From Macrostomum hystrix (taxonomy: Eukaryota > Animalia > Platyhelminthes): a stretch of 64,000 bases of DNA. The first letter of the stretch is position 1. Each line of letters starts with the position of its first letter. The notes beneath the pieces were generated by a model that did not search any database, was not told the origin of the DNA, and was given only the letters and a program-made list of their open reading frames with translations. The stretch is from the NCBI GenBank assembly GCA_950097015.1, contig CATNEN010000038.1, forward strand, positions 1,054,001 through 1,118,000. Reading direction: 5' to 3'. A program made the translations under genes and the position numbers. Positions 11,801-23,091 of this stretch are shown piece by piece.

Positions 11801-13520
11801 TGTACATATAACCATGTACATTGAATATGTACATATAATCATACGTAAGGATACAATGTACATCGCACATGTACGCGATCACAGGTTAGACCCTCCTCAT
11901 TCTGACCAAAATGACTGGAGTTCGAATCTCAGTCACTGGTATGAAGAAAATGTGGTGATTGTTTAATGCGTAATTTCTGTACTTTACTTACTGTTTTAGT
12001 GCATATCAGGTATATCAGGGAAGCCCATTGTACTACTTAAAACTGAGGTTGTACACAATATAAGCGATAATTTATCATAGTGATATCAGGGCAGTTAGCA
12101 TCGTGAGCGTAAATCGCACGACAAGCCACCGAGCCTTCTCATAGCGGATTCGAGCTCAGGGACCTTCGTGCGAGAAGCAAATGCGTTAGAGCGCTCTGCC
12201 ACTCACCACCAGAAGATGAACAGTGTAAATGTCCTTTAAGAGCATACTATGCAAGCAAACAAGAGCATTCTAAGAATCCCTTCCTGACCCAGCACTGGCT
12301 GTCGGATCTCGACGTCTTTGCCACAATCGTCGCGGCGCTGATCCATGACTATGAGCACACCGGAACTACCAACAACTTTCACATCAACACGAACTCTGAG
12401 CTTGCCCTGCTGTACAATGACAAAGGCGTGCTGGAGAACTACCACGTCAGCGCCATCTTCAGCCTAATGCGGGAGGATGACTACAACATCCTGACTGGAC
12501 TCACAACCGAGGAGTATAAGTGAGCAGTTGTATAAGCTCAAATTTGTGATGCTCGGATGATATTTGGCTTAAAAGCCGGAGCCTAGGTCTGCATTTTTGG
12601 CTACGCAATATTAATTCAATCATTCGAAATTTTCGTTAATCCAGGGAATTCCGCGCCCTGGTTATCGACATGGTGCTGAACACGGACATGAGCTTGCACT
12701 TTCAGCAGATTAAGAACATGAAACAACTGCTGAGCATGCCGGACAAGTGAGGCTTGCTGTCAGCCTTGAAATAGCCTCCATTCCAAGCCAACCAGAAGCC
12801 TCCATTCCCAGCCAATCAACAGTCTCCACTCCTAGCTAAATTAACAGCCTCCCGTCCCAGCCAATCATAAGCGTCCTTTCGCAGCCAATTAGAAGCCTCC
12901 ATTACCAGCCAATCAACTGCCTCCACTCCTAGCCAAATAACAGCTAACCCCTCCTAGCCATTCAGAAGCCACCACAGCTTCCAGCCAATCAGCAGCCTCC
13001 ACAAACCAACCGAAACTTTCACCAGAATCGACAAGGCCAAGGCGCTGTCCATGGTGCTGCACTGCGCCGACATCAGCCACCCTGGCAAGCCGTGGGAGAT
13101 GCACTACAAGTGGACTCTGGCCCTGCTGGAGGAATTCTTTAGACAGGCGAGTGAGAAAGTTAATTAAGGAATAAAGTGGATTTCTAGTCTATCTACATTG
13201 ATGTCGGAGCCTAGAAATATAATGGATTGCTAATCCATTCCACATTAAATGCGCAGGGCGACCGCGAGAAGAAGCTTGAGCTGGCCTGCTCGCCGCTGTG
13301 CGACAGAAACACAACCCTGGTGGCCCAATCGCAAGCCGGTAAACTTTAGCTGTTTGCATCGTGCCTATCGTACTATATTTTAGAAGCTCCAATCCACTGC
13401 CGATATGTATCGAAAAAGCTTTTCCCACCCACCCATTTATTAGGCTTCATCGACTTTATCATGGAGCCGAGCTTTGTTGTACTGGGCGATATGCTCGAAA
13501 AAATTCTCCTGCCTCTGTTT

Positions 13521-13561
<41 letters not shown>

Positions 13562-15514
13562 TGAGGGTGACACTGATTCACAAGATGAAGACTATGGTAA
13601 GATAGTGAATTAATTGGTGAAGAGTTAATTCACTCTAAATGCGTTTCTGTAAATTCCTGAATTGGTGTAATAACCATTGTCGACAAGCCACACTGATTTG
13701 ACAGCACAAGTCTTGTCAGACAGAATCAAATCAAATTGCTAAGGCAGAATACATCATATCAAATTGCTAAGACATTGGGACAGGCAGAATACATCAAATC
13801 AAATTGCTAAGACATTGGGACAGGCAGAATACATCATATCAAATTGCTAAGACATTGGGACAGGCAGAATACATCATATCAAATTGCTAAGACATTGGGA
13901 CAGGCAGAATACATCAAATCAAATTGCTAAGACATTGGGACAGGCAGAATACATCATATCAAATTGCTAAGACATTGGGACAGGCAGAATACATCATATC
14001 AAATTGCTAAGACATTGGGACAGGCAGAATACATCATATCAAATTGCTAAGACATTGGGATAGGCAGAATACATCATATCAAATTGCTAAGACATTGGGA
14101 CAGGCAGAATACATCATATCAAATTGCTAAGACATTGGGACAGGCAGAATACATCATATCAAATTGCTAAGACATTGGGACAGGCAGAATACATCATATC
14201 AATAAAATGAGGGCAGTCTGGTAACTGCTCAAAATCACTAAGCAAACACCAACCTGTGCTCTTGTTGAGTGTCGTTAGTTTCATCGCATGATTAATTCAG
14301 CTCATTGCACCCTCCGAAACACTGAATCCCCAACTAAATGCTGGCACTGACACCACCGCCTAAAATTTCAGACATGTGGCACCGAGATGAAGGTGAGTTT
14401 AGAGAACCGTCTGGAATTGCACTCTGCTCAAGATTGAGCAGCCGCGTTTGCCTGAGATTAATCACTGAAATACTTCAGCAGGTTTCCCTGAAACCCATTC
14501 CTGATCCTTCAACAGGTTTCCCTGAAACCCGTCCCTGATCCTTCAGCAGGTTTCCCTGAAACCCGTCCCTGATCCTTCAACAGGTTTCCCTGAAACCCGT
14601 CCCTGATCCTTCAGCAGGTTTCCCTGAAACCCGTCCCTGATCCTTCAGCAGGTTTCCCTGAAACCCATTCCTGATCCTTCAGCAGGTTTCCCTGAAACCC
14701 ATCCCTGATCCTTCAGCAGGTTTCCCTGAAACCCGTCCCTGATCCTTCAACAGGTTTCCCTGAAACCCATTCCTGATCCTTCAGCAGGTTTCCCTGAAAC
14801 CCATCCCTGATCCTTCAGCAGGTTTCCCTGAAACCCGTCCCTGATCCTTCAGCAGGTTTCCCTGAAACCCATCCCTGATCCTTCAGCAGGTTTCCCTGAA
14901 ACCCGTCCCTGATCCTTCAGCAGGTTTCCCTGAAACCCATTCCTGATCCTTCAGCAGGTTTCCCTGAAACCCATCCCTGATCCTTCAGCAGGTTTCCCTG
15001 AAACCCGTCCCTGATCCTTCAACAGGTTTCCCTGAAACCCGTCCCTGATCCTTCAGCAGGTTTCCCTGAAACCCGTCCCTGATCCTTCAGCAGGTTTCCC
15101 TGAAACCCGTCCCTGATCCTTCAACAGGTTTCCATGAAACCCGTCCCTGATCCTTCAGCAGGTTTCCCTGAAACCCGTCCCTGATCCTTCAGCAGGTTTC
15201 CCTGAAACCCGTCCCTGATCCTTCAGTTTGCCTGATATATTTCCTGATGTAATACACCTGCTCTGTTCGACATGTTTCAGAGACCAAATCAGTCGCTTTG
15301 CAACGCCCCTGGGCTGCCTTCATCAGGGAGAATCGAGCCACCTGGAAGCTGCGCGCCGAAAGAGGTGATTTATTATCTTAGATTGCCTACTGAGGTTAGT
15401 AGTATCTATGGAACATGCGTAAGTGAAGAAATTAATTCGTGAATTTGCTTTTCAGAGGAGAGTGAGAAAAAGGCGAAGGCGGCTGCAAAACTGACTGAAG
15501 CTGACAAGCATTAA
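5826..15514 (+). CDS. PDE1: Calcium/calmodulin-dependent cyclic nucleotide phosphodiesterase 1, 16 coding exons
   Basis: Approximate exons: 5826-6126, 6433-6501, 6584-6716, 6958-7071, 7540-7722, 7812-7878, 11266-11385, 11502-11642, 12293-12519, 12644-12746, 13026-13146, 13257-13338, 13444-13596, 14372-14392, 15281-15364, 15456-15514. They join in frame. PDE1 N-terminal motifs KNLQYAVQVLEAVYIEET, VPNEVRDWLASTFTR and KPRFRSVANAIRAGIMVER; catalytic motifs PYHNLLHGADV, HDYEHTGTTNNFH, LENYH, TDM, HCADISHP, EEFFRQGDREK and GFIDFI. Confidence 0.93.
7140..7383 (-). mobile_element. tRNA-derived SINE, family B (PDE1 intron)
   Basis: Minus-strand B-box GGTTCGAATCCC, then TTCAGTTCAGCCAGCTGTTAAATTGGT and the palindrome GTTCAGTCCATGGACTGAAC. 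These are shared with 56770-56976 and a fragment at 1353-1390. Confidence 0.65.
7945..11160. repeat. 17-bp minisatellite (CCTGAAGCTGGATCTCC variants), about 3.2 kb, in a PDE1 intron
   Basis: 17-nt period with a higher-order duplication of about 1089 bp. Confidence 0.97.
12130..12214 (-). mobile_element. SINE family A head fragment
   Basis: Reverse complement TTCTGGTGGTGAGTGGCAGAGCGCTCTAACGCATTTGCTTCTCGCAC matches 333-380. Confidence 0.75.
12770..13005. repeat. Degenerate ~30-bp tandem repeat (CAGCCAATCAACAGCCTCC) in a PDE1 intron
   Basis: Recurring AGCCAAT..AGCCTCC motifs. Confidence 0.7.
13740..14202. repeat. 40-bp minisatellite in a PDE1 intron
   Basis: GGCAGAATACATCATATCAAATTGCTAAGACATTGGGACA, about 11 copies. 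Confidence 0.96.
14475..15227. repeat. 34-bp minisatellite in a PDE1 intron
   Basis: CAGCAGGTTTCCCTGAAACCCGTCCCTGATCCTT, about 22 copies. Confidence 0.96.
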
Positions 15515-15732
15515 AACAAGCAAATGTTAAATTTCAAACTTTCTAAATTGCATGATTTGTGATCTTGTAATCTACTTGCTCTGAATATTCGCAGTTTTTT
15601 TTCTTTTTGTTTTGTGACTTACACCGAAAATTCTGGTCTAACGTAACGGTCTTTCCGTTTTCGGCCTTTTTAAGTACGTTAAATAATCATGCTCTTGTAC
15701 GAGCTACTATTATCTCATGCACAACTTCAAAA

Positions 15733-17235
15733 CTCACCTGAGGTCTGGGATGCTGTCACAGCCTCACCTGAGGTCTGGGATGCTGTCACAGCCTCACCTG
15801 AGGTCTGGGATGCTGTCACAGCCTCACCTGAGGTCTGGGATGGTGTCACCTCACCTGAGGTCTGGGATGCTGTCACAGCCTCACCTGACGTCTGGGATGG
15901 TGTCACAGCCTCACCTGAGGTCTGGGATGGTGTCACAGCCTCACATGAGGTCTGGGATGGTGTCACAGCCTCACATGAGGTCTGGGATGCTGTCATAGCC
16001 TCACCTGAGGTCTGGGATGCTGTCACAGCCTCACCTGAGGTCTGAGATGGTGTCACAGCCTCACCTGAGGTCTAAGATGGTGTCACAGCCTCACCTGAGG
16101 TCTGGGATGGTGTCACAGCCTCACCTGAGGTCTGAGATGGTGTCACAGCCTCACCTGAGGTCTAGGATGGTGTCACAGCCTCACCTGAGGTCTGGGATGC
16201 TGTCACAGCCTCACCTGAGGTCTGGGATGCTGTCATAGCCTCACCTGAGGTCTGGGATGCTGTCATAGCCTCACCTGAGGTCTGGGATGCTGTCACAGCC
16301 TCACCTGAGGTCTGTGATGGTGTCACAGCCTCACCTGAGGTCTGGGATGGTGTCACAGCCTCACATGAGGTCTGGGATGGTGTCACAGCCTCACATGAGG
16401 TCTGGGATGGTGTCACAGCCTCACATGAGGTCTGGGATGATGTCACAGCCTCACATGAGGTCTGGGATGGTGTCACAGCCTCACCTGAGGTCTGGGATGG
16501 TGTCACAGCCTCACCTGAGGTCTGGGATGGTGTCACAGCCTCACATGAGGTCTGGGATGGTGTCACAGCCTCACATGAGGTCTGGGATGGTGTCACAGCC
16601 TCACATGAGGTCTGGGATGGTGTCACAGCCTCACCTGAGGTCTGGGATGGTGTCACCTCACCTGAGGTCTGGGATGGTGTCACAGCCTCACATGAGGTCT
16701 GGGATGGTGTCACAGCCTCACATGAGGTCTGGGATGGTGTCACAGCCTCACATGAGGTCTGGGATGGTGTCACAGCCTCACATGAGGTCTGGGATGGTGT
16801 CACAGCCTCACATGAGGTCTGGGATGGTGTCACAGCCTCACCTGAGGTCTGGGATGGTGTCACCTCACCTGAGGTCTGGGATGCTGTCACAGCCTCACCT
16901 GAGTTCTGGGATGCTGTCACAGCCTCACCTGAGGTCTGGGATGGTGTCACAGCCTCACCTGAGGTCTGGGATGGTGTCACAGCCTCACCTGAGGTCTGGG
17001 ATGGTGTCACAGCCTCACATGAGGTCTGGGATGGTGTCACAGCCTCACATGAGGTCTGGGATGCTGCCACAGCCTCACCTGAGGTCTGGGATGGTGTCAC
17101 AGCCTCACCTGAGGTCTGGGATGCTGTCACAGCCTCACCTGAGGTCTGGGATGGTGTCACAGCCTCACCTGAGGTCTGGGATGGTGTCACAGCCTCACCT
17201 GAGGTCTGGGATGCTGTCACAACCTCACCTGAGGT
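15733..17235. repeat. 30-bp minisatellite downstream of PDE1
   Basis: TCACCTGAGGTCTGGGATGGTGTCACAGCC, about 50 copies with occasional 27-bp variants. Confidence 0.97.
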
Positions 17236-18000
17236 AAAGTTTAGGTAAATTGCATGTGTGCTAACAGGTTTAAGTAAGTTTTTACCTTAAATTAAGAGCT
17301 CAGAGTTGTACTTTTTACCGCACGCAGTTAGATAGCATTGAGAGCACAGTATTAAATGCCCAGTGTTAATTTATTGAAAGCTGTGTTATGCGCACTTTTC
17401 TCTAACTTAGTGAATGCTCAACAGAACAATTGCAACTATTTTCAGTTAGCTCTGACTAAGTTTGTACTTTTATTGTTAACTTTACAAGCAGTAGCACCAA
17501 TATTTTTTTAATGCAGATTTTAATTTTTTGCACCAACATGTTTGTTATAAGCGAGGCTGGCATGCGTGAAAAAAATTGAATAGAAGTAGAAAGTCAATAA
17601 AGATTTGAGATTAAATTAGTTGAAAAACTGACAGATCTCAAAAGCTGTACTATTTTCCATAGCTTGATATATTAATTTGAGTTTCCGTTGAAATTATGTC
17701 ATACTACTTGTACACAACACCACAAGTAGTATGCATGCTTATTTATACAAAAAAGGACAGCGAAAAGTACAAAATACGAAAAGCTAGGTTATCTTGGACC
17801 CTAAATTACAATTTTTTTTCGCTAGAATTGCATAAACGCCTTTTTAAACATACAAACCAATTCCGAACGATTAAACTGAAACATTATTAAGTTAGGAACT
17901 TAAATAATACATTTAATTAGAAATGAAAATGCCGCTTTGAGAAGTGTTGCAAACAAAAGCTGCCAGCTGAGTGTAAAATGTCTGCCAAGTGTCACAGAAG

Positions 18001-18566
18001 CTACTGAGCCGCAGCTCTGGCAAATCGCTGGGCGTGAAACTCGATCACCAGCTGGGGACACTTCACATTGGCCTGCCTAGCCGGGACCAGGTCCAACTCT
18101 GGACTGCCTTTCCTAGAAACACACAGTCAAAAAAGGACGGAGTTTTAATTCGGGACAAGATATTTTTTGCATCTTGTACTTTTTGACGGGCAAACGGTCG
18201 CACTCACCACTTCATGAGCAGCATGAGCTCGCCTCCGGGACGATCGGCGGAGCCAAGCACCCGCTCGGGCTCCAGTCCGCGATCAAAGCCGCGCGGCTGC
18301 TGCTGCTGCTGCTGATACTTCCTCTTGACAACCTCCGCCTTAACCAGGTTAGCCTTGCGAATAGATAAGAAAGCATCCAAAACTGACTGTGCTTTGGTTG
18401 ACAGCTCCAACAGCTGCTGCTCGGACAGCCAAGCTGAACTCGATGCCAAATCTGAGCTCGATTCGCGAACCAGAAACTGTCGCTGGCCTCTCTTAGTTCG
18501 ACGCATTCGCTCGATAACGCCATCCCAGCTGTCGCCACTCGCCTCCTTGTCAGTGGGTGACGACAT
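18001..18566 (-). CDS. HP1/CBX-like protein with only a chromoshadow domain (156 aa, 2 exons)
   Basis: Exons 18566-18208 and 18112-18001 (GT-AG intron). The spliced C-terminus [60 protein letters not shown] aligns with the HP1 chromoshadow consensus ([53 protein letters not shown]). No chromodomain in the N-terminal part. Confidence 0.85.
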
Positions 18567-18620
18567 TAGCTGAAACTGTCTGAAATAGGGGCTTTTGGTG
18601 TAGAAAACGAGACGAAAAAA

Positions 18621-18920
18621 GGCTGTGGCTACCAACCCTGAAGATGGGGAGGCTGAGGCTACCAACCCTGAAGATGGGGAGGCTGTGGCTACCAACCCTG
18701 ATGAGGAGGAGGCTGAGGCTACCAACCCTGATGAGGAGGAGGCTGAGGCTACCAACCCTGATGAGGAGGAGGCTGAGGCTACCAACCCTGAAGATGGGGA
18801 GGCTGTGGCTACCAACCCTGATGAGGAGGAGGCTGAGGCTACCAACCCTGATGAGGAGGAGGCTGAGGCTACCAACCCTGATGAGGAGGAGGCTGAGGCT
18901 ACCAACCCTGAAGATGGCTA
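18621..18920. repeat. 30-bp minisatellite between DHRS4 and the HP1-like gene
   Basis: GGCTACCAACCCTGATGAGGAGGAGGCTGA variants, about 10 copies. Confidence 0.95.
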
Positions 18921-19384
18921 CCTACCAGCCTTACTACATTTACTTCGGCCACTTATTTAGGAAACTTGAAAGAAAAATGTAATTCATGGATCAATATGGC
19001 TTTGCTGCAAACATCGAATGGACCTTAAAAAATCATAATTTTAAGTATGAGAATCATAAAATGAAAGAACAAAACCACAGTACATTATCTTTTTTATAAT
19101 ATAATTTATTTCCTCGATATAAAATCAGAACTAGCGCTACTAAAAGCAAAAAAATCAACGATGAATTAGGAAAAAATGAAATCAGTTTAAAAAAAGCAAA
19201 TTACTCTGCACTTGGCCTGACAAACTTCACAGAATGAATTGTCACAGAATGACAATGACCAAATGATGCATTAGAAAATCTGCTAAACCCTTGTTCTGGT
19301 CAACCTCAAATGTCTCAATCAAAGAGCTGTCCATGGTTGCTTAGAAACCAACGCAAGCAACAATTGGAGAAAAAATGTATTTCT

Positions 19385-22300
19385 TCAAAGCCTTGACGGC
19401 ATGCCGCCGCTAACAATGACAGTCTCGCCGGTGATGTACTTGGCTTCATCGCTGCACAGGAAGGACACCAGCGGCGCACAGTCCTCCGGCCTGCCGAACC
19501 GGCCTAGCGGAATCTGGGACAGGGCCTGCTCCGAGATGGCCTCATTGGTTGTGAGCTGGGGGGTTGCGGGGTACAATAGGAATTGCTTATTATTACCCGA
19601 TATCTGATTTTAGAGCAGAATCAGCTGCGGTTAACAAATCACTGAAGTGAGCCACAATTCAATCCGAGATACCGAAACCCAATAGGGAAGAATTTCAGCA
19701 GGAGATCCCAAATCCTCAATGGTAAGAAACTGAATCAGAGATCCCAAATCTTCAATGGGAAGAAACTGAATCGGTGATACCAAATCCTCAATGGGTAGAA
19801 ACTGAATCGGTGATCCCAAACCCCCAATGGGTAAAAACTGAATCGGTGATCCCAAATCCCCAATGGGTAGAAACTGAATCGTGATCCCAAATCCTCAATG
19901 GTAAGAAACTGAATCGGTGATCCCAAATCTTCAATGGGAAGAAACTGAATCAGAGATCCCAAATCTTCAATGGGAAGAAACTGAATCAGAGATCCCAAAT
20001 CCTCAATGGGAACAAACTGAATCGGTGATCACAATTCCTCAATGGGAACAAACTGAATCGGTGATACCAAATCCTCAATGGTAAGAAACTAAATCAGAGA
20101 TCCCAATTCCTCAATGGGAACAAACTGAATCGGTGATCCCAAATCCTCAATGGGAACAAACTGAATCGGTGATCCCAAATCCTCAATGTGAACAAACTGA
20201 ATCGGTGATACCAAATCCTCAATGGTAAGAAACTAAATCGGTGATACCAAATCCTCAATGGTAAGAAACTAAATCGGTGATACCAATTCCTCAATGGGAA
20301 CAAACTGAATCGGTGATCCCAAATCCTCAATGGGAACAAACTGAATCGGTGATACCAAATCCTCAATGGTAAGAAACTGAATCGGTGATACCAAATCCTG
20401 AAAGCGGTGACTCACAGCGCTGCTAAATCTGGTTTGAATGATACCGGGTGCAATGCAGTTAACCCGGACTCCAAGCGGTGCCAACTCTCCAGAGAGGGCT
20501 TTGGTCAGGCCCAGCAGGGCGGTCTTTGTCACCGAGTAGCCGCCGATGAACTAGAAAAAAGTAGAATCAAATTTAATAACTTTGTCTGAACACATGGGCT
20601 GAAAAAATTAGCAGAATAAAGCTCACCGGAATGGGGTGAAAGCCGCCGATTGACGAGACGAAACAGATTGCGCCACCTCTGAAAATAATCTGAACTGAAT
20701 TAGACAACTGAAATATTAGCAGCTATACTTGACTAGATTAAAATGGACAACGCACTTGTTCATATGCGGGAATGCCTCTTTAACTAGCATGAAAGCGCTT
20801 TTAATGTTGATGTCCAGCATCTTTTCGAACGAGTCCTCCGTAGTCTGTAAGGAATACAAATAGCATTTCAGAATACTGAGTTAAATACTTGACTTTAGCT
20901 GGTGAGAATCAAAATACCAGCATTAGCTAACAACAGTGGCGCAACCAGGATATTTGTCTAAGGAGACCTCATCTTTTATGGGCACTACCACCACATGGGG
21001 GCGCTACCACCACATGGGGGCACTACCACCACATGGGGGCACTACCACCACATGGGGGCACTACCACCACATGGGGGCGCTACCACCACATGGGGGCACT
21101 ACCACCACATGGGGGCACTACCACCACATGGGGGCACTACCACCACATGGGGGCACTACCACCATATGGGGGAACTACCACCATATGGGGGAACTACCAC
21201 CATATGGGGGCACTACCACCATATGGGGGCACTACCACCACATGGGGGCACTACCACCACATGGGGGCGCCACTACCACATGGGGGCGCCACTACCACAT
21301 GGGGGCGCCACTAACACATGGGGGCGCCACTAACAAATGGGGCGCCACTACCACATGGGGGCGAATCAAAATACTAGCATTAGCTAACAACAACAGTGGC
21401 GCAGCCAGGATATTTGTCTAGGGAGTCCTCATCTTTCATGGGCACTACCACCACTTGTTGCATGTTAGTGGGGGCGCCACTAACACATGGGGGCGCCACT
21501 ACACGTGGTAGGTGGGCCCCATTTCCAGGGGGCACCCCTACCATGAGGTGCCAGCGTCACTTACAAGGGGAGCTGGGGCGCCACTACTCATACTTTAGGG
21601 CGCGCATAGTTTCATCAGCCAGTTTATAGGTGGGCCGCGGCCCTCCCTGGCTATGCCCCCTGAACACCAATATCGTCAGCTTACATCTAGAAGTGGCCCG
21701 AATGTTGGATTGACAGCAGCATTGGACACCAGGATATCAATCTTGCCAAATTGTTGAACTGTCTGTCAATGTAAGGAAGTTCATGCATAAAAGGAATACA
21801 TGTCAGATAAGTTTAGTTTGAGGCCAAAACTGTGCTCAAAACACAATAATAAATTGTTTTCTTTCTTAAATACTTTTGACATACTTTTTTGTGAAAAGTT
21901 TTATGTTAGCATAATTGAAACAATGCTAAATCATTGCTTGTTACAGTAGCAGAATATAATATTGCACAGTAGCTAGCAATAGACAAGATACCAATTGAAT
22001 TGATAAGTCCATATTACATTAATCTAGATGTAAATACTTAAATTGTATTTAAGTATAGTCACTAAAAAGCTTTTAATATACTAAATAGACTAGCTCGAGG
22101 ACATTATAGTTGAAAATACAAAAATAAATAACTGTGACTTGTCTTTTGTTTGCATTTTATGTCTTATTTTTTAAAGCAAAGCTACCTCGGCATAGTCATA
22201 GTGCTAATGACATAAATTTAAAATCAGTGATAGGGCTTGTCAAATAATGAGAACAATACTATGATTATTAGAGTTACTAGTCTTAGACAATGGAACATAT

Positions 22301-23091
22301 CCTGGCTATATGGATATATCATATATATTAAATAATTTTAAATTAAATAAATATATATACATTAAATATATGCATATATTTTGATAAGACTCAAGACATC
22401 ACTATGTTAAGAAAAAACATGGTGAAAAGATAAAATGCCTAGGCTATTTGTTAAAGACAAATATATATTAAAAGAATATATATGAATGGCTAGCATAATC
22501 TAACTTTCCCACAATAAATCATTTTACATTGAATTGTTTTAATTTTAGCTGTTTCAGCAGAGCAACAAATGACTGGCACAGCCAACTGCTGCACCACTTT
22601 TTAAGAGCTCTGAAAAACATTTGCACCTATTGTTAATGTAAGACTAGTTGCCAAACTGAGCAACATGGACATCAATCACCTTGATATTGTTTTTTACTAC
22701 CTAGTACCCTAGTAGGCCTACAAGAATGCTGATTTATGGCTGACAGGCCTATAGTGTACTTCCAAATCATGGAATTGCCAACAATAGGCTGCAGCAGTTA
22801 CATTTTTCGACCCTATTTTAGATGTATACACAAACATAATTGAGGGCACTTTTATACCTTTTCAATTAGTGCTATCCTGTCACTTGACTTGCCAACGTGA
22901 CATTGGACACCGATGCATTTCCCGCTAGAAACGAAGTTGTCTAGTTGCTTCAGCGCACTCTTCACGTTTGCCTCCTTGCGACTACTGACTGCGACTTTTG
23001 CACCGTCCTCACAAAGCTGTTTTGCAATTGCAAAACCAATTCCTTCAGTTGAAGCAGTCACAACGGCAACTTTATTGAGAAGGCGAGACAT
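19385..23091 (-). CDS. DHRS4: Peroxisomal short-chain dehydrogenase/reductase, DHRS4-like, 6 exons
   Basis: Approximate exons: 23091-22858, 21763-21686, 20844-20756, 20678-20627, 20551-20415, 19557-19385. Motifs KVAVVTASTEGIG, SSRK, DILVSNAAVNP, YSVTKTALLGLTK, VNCIAPGIIQTRFS and YITGETV. C-terminal PTS1 -SRL. Confidence 0.92.
19700..20400. repeat. 36-bp minisatellite in the last DHRS4 intron
   Basis: AAACTGAATCGGTGATCCCAAATCCTCAATGGGAAC variants, about 19 copies. Confidence 0.95.
20980..21362. repeat. 19-bp minisatellite (ATGGGGGCACTACCACCAC) derived from MITE sequence
   Basis: About 20 copies. The unit sequence is present in the adjacent MITE. Confidence 0.93.
21394..21662. mobile_element. 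hAT-like MITE in DHRS4 intron 2, with a partial upstream duplicate at about 20906-21362
   Basis: Imperfect TIRs CAGTGGCGCAGCCAGG...CCTGGCTATGCCCCCTG. 8-bp flanks AACAACAA and AACACCAA (TSD with one mismatch). Confidence 0.7.

Noticed and set aside
15689-17237. Regularly spaced repeats suggesting a CRISPR array or repeat proteins
   Set aside because: Head-to-tail units with no unique spacers, eukaryotic context and no cas genes. The same applies to all other arrays in the window.
18621-18920. CTGATGAG in the 30-bp repeat (hammerhead-like), and the in-frame Ser-rich extension of the HP1-like ORF
   Set aside because: No GAAA core. The extension has no ATG and lies upstream of a splice acceptor.
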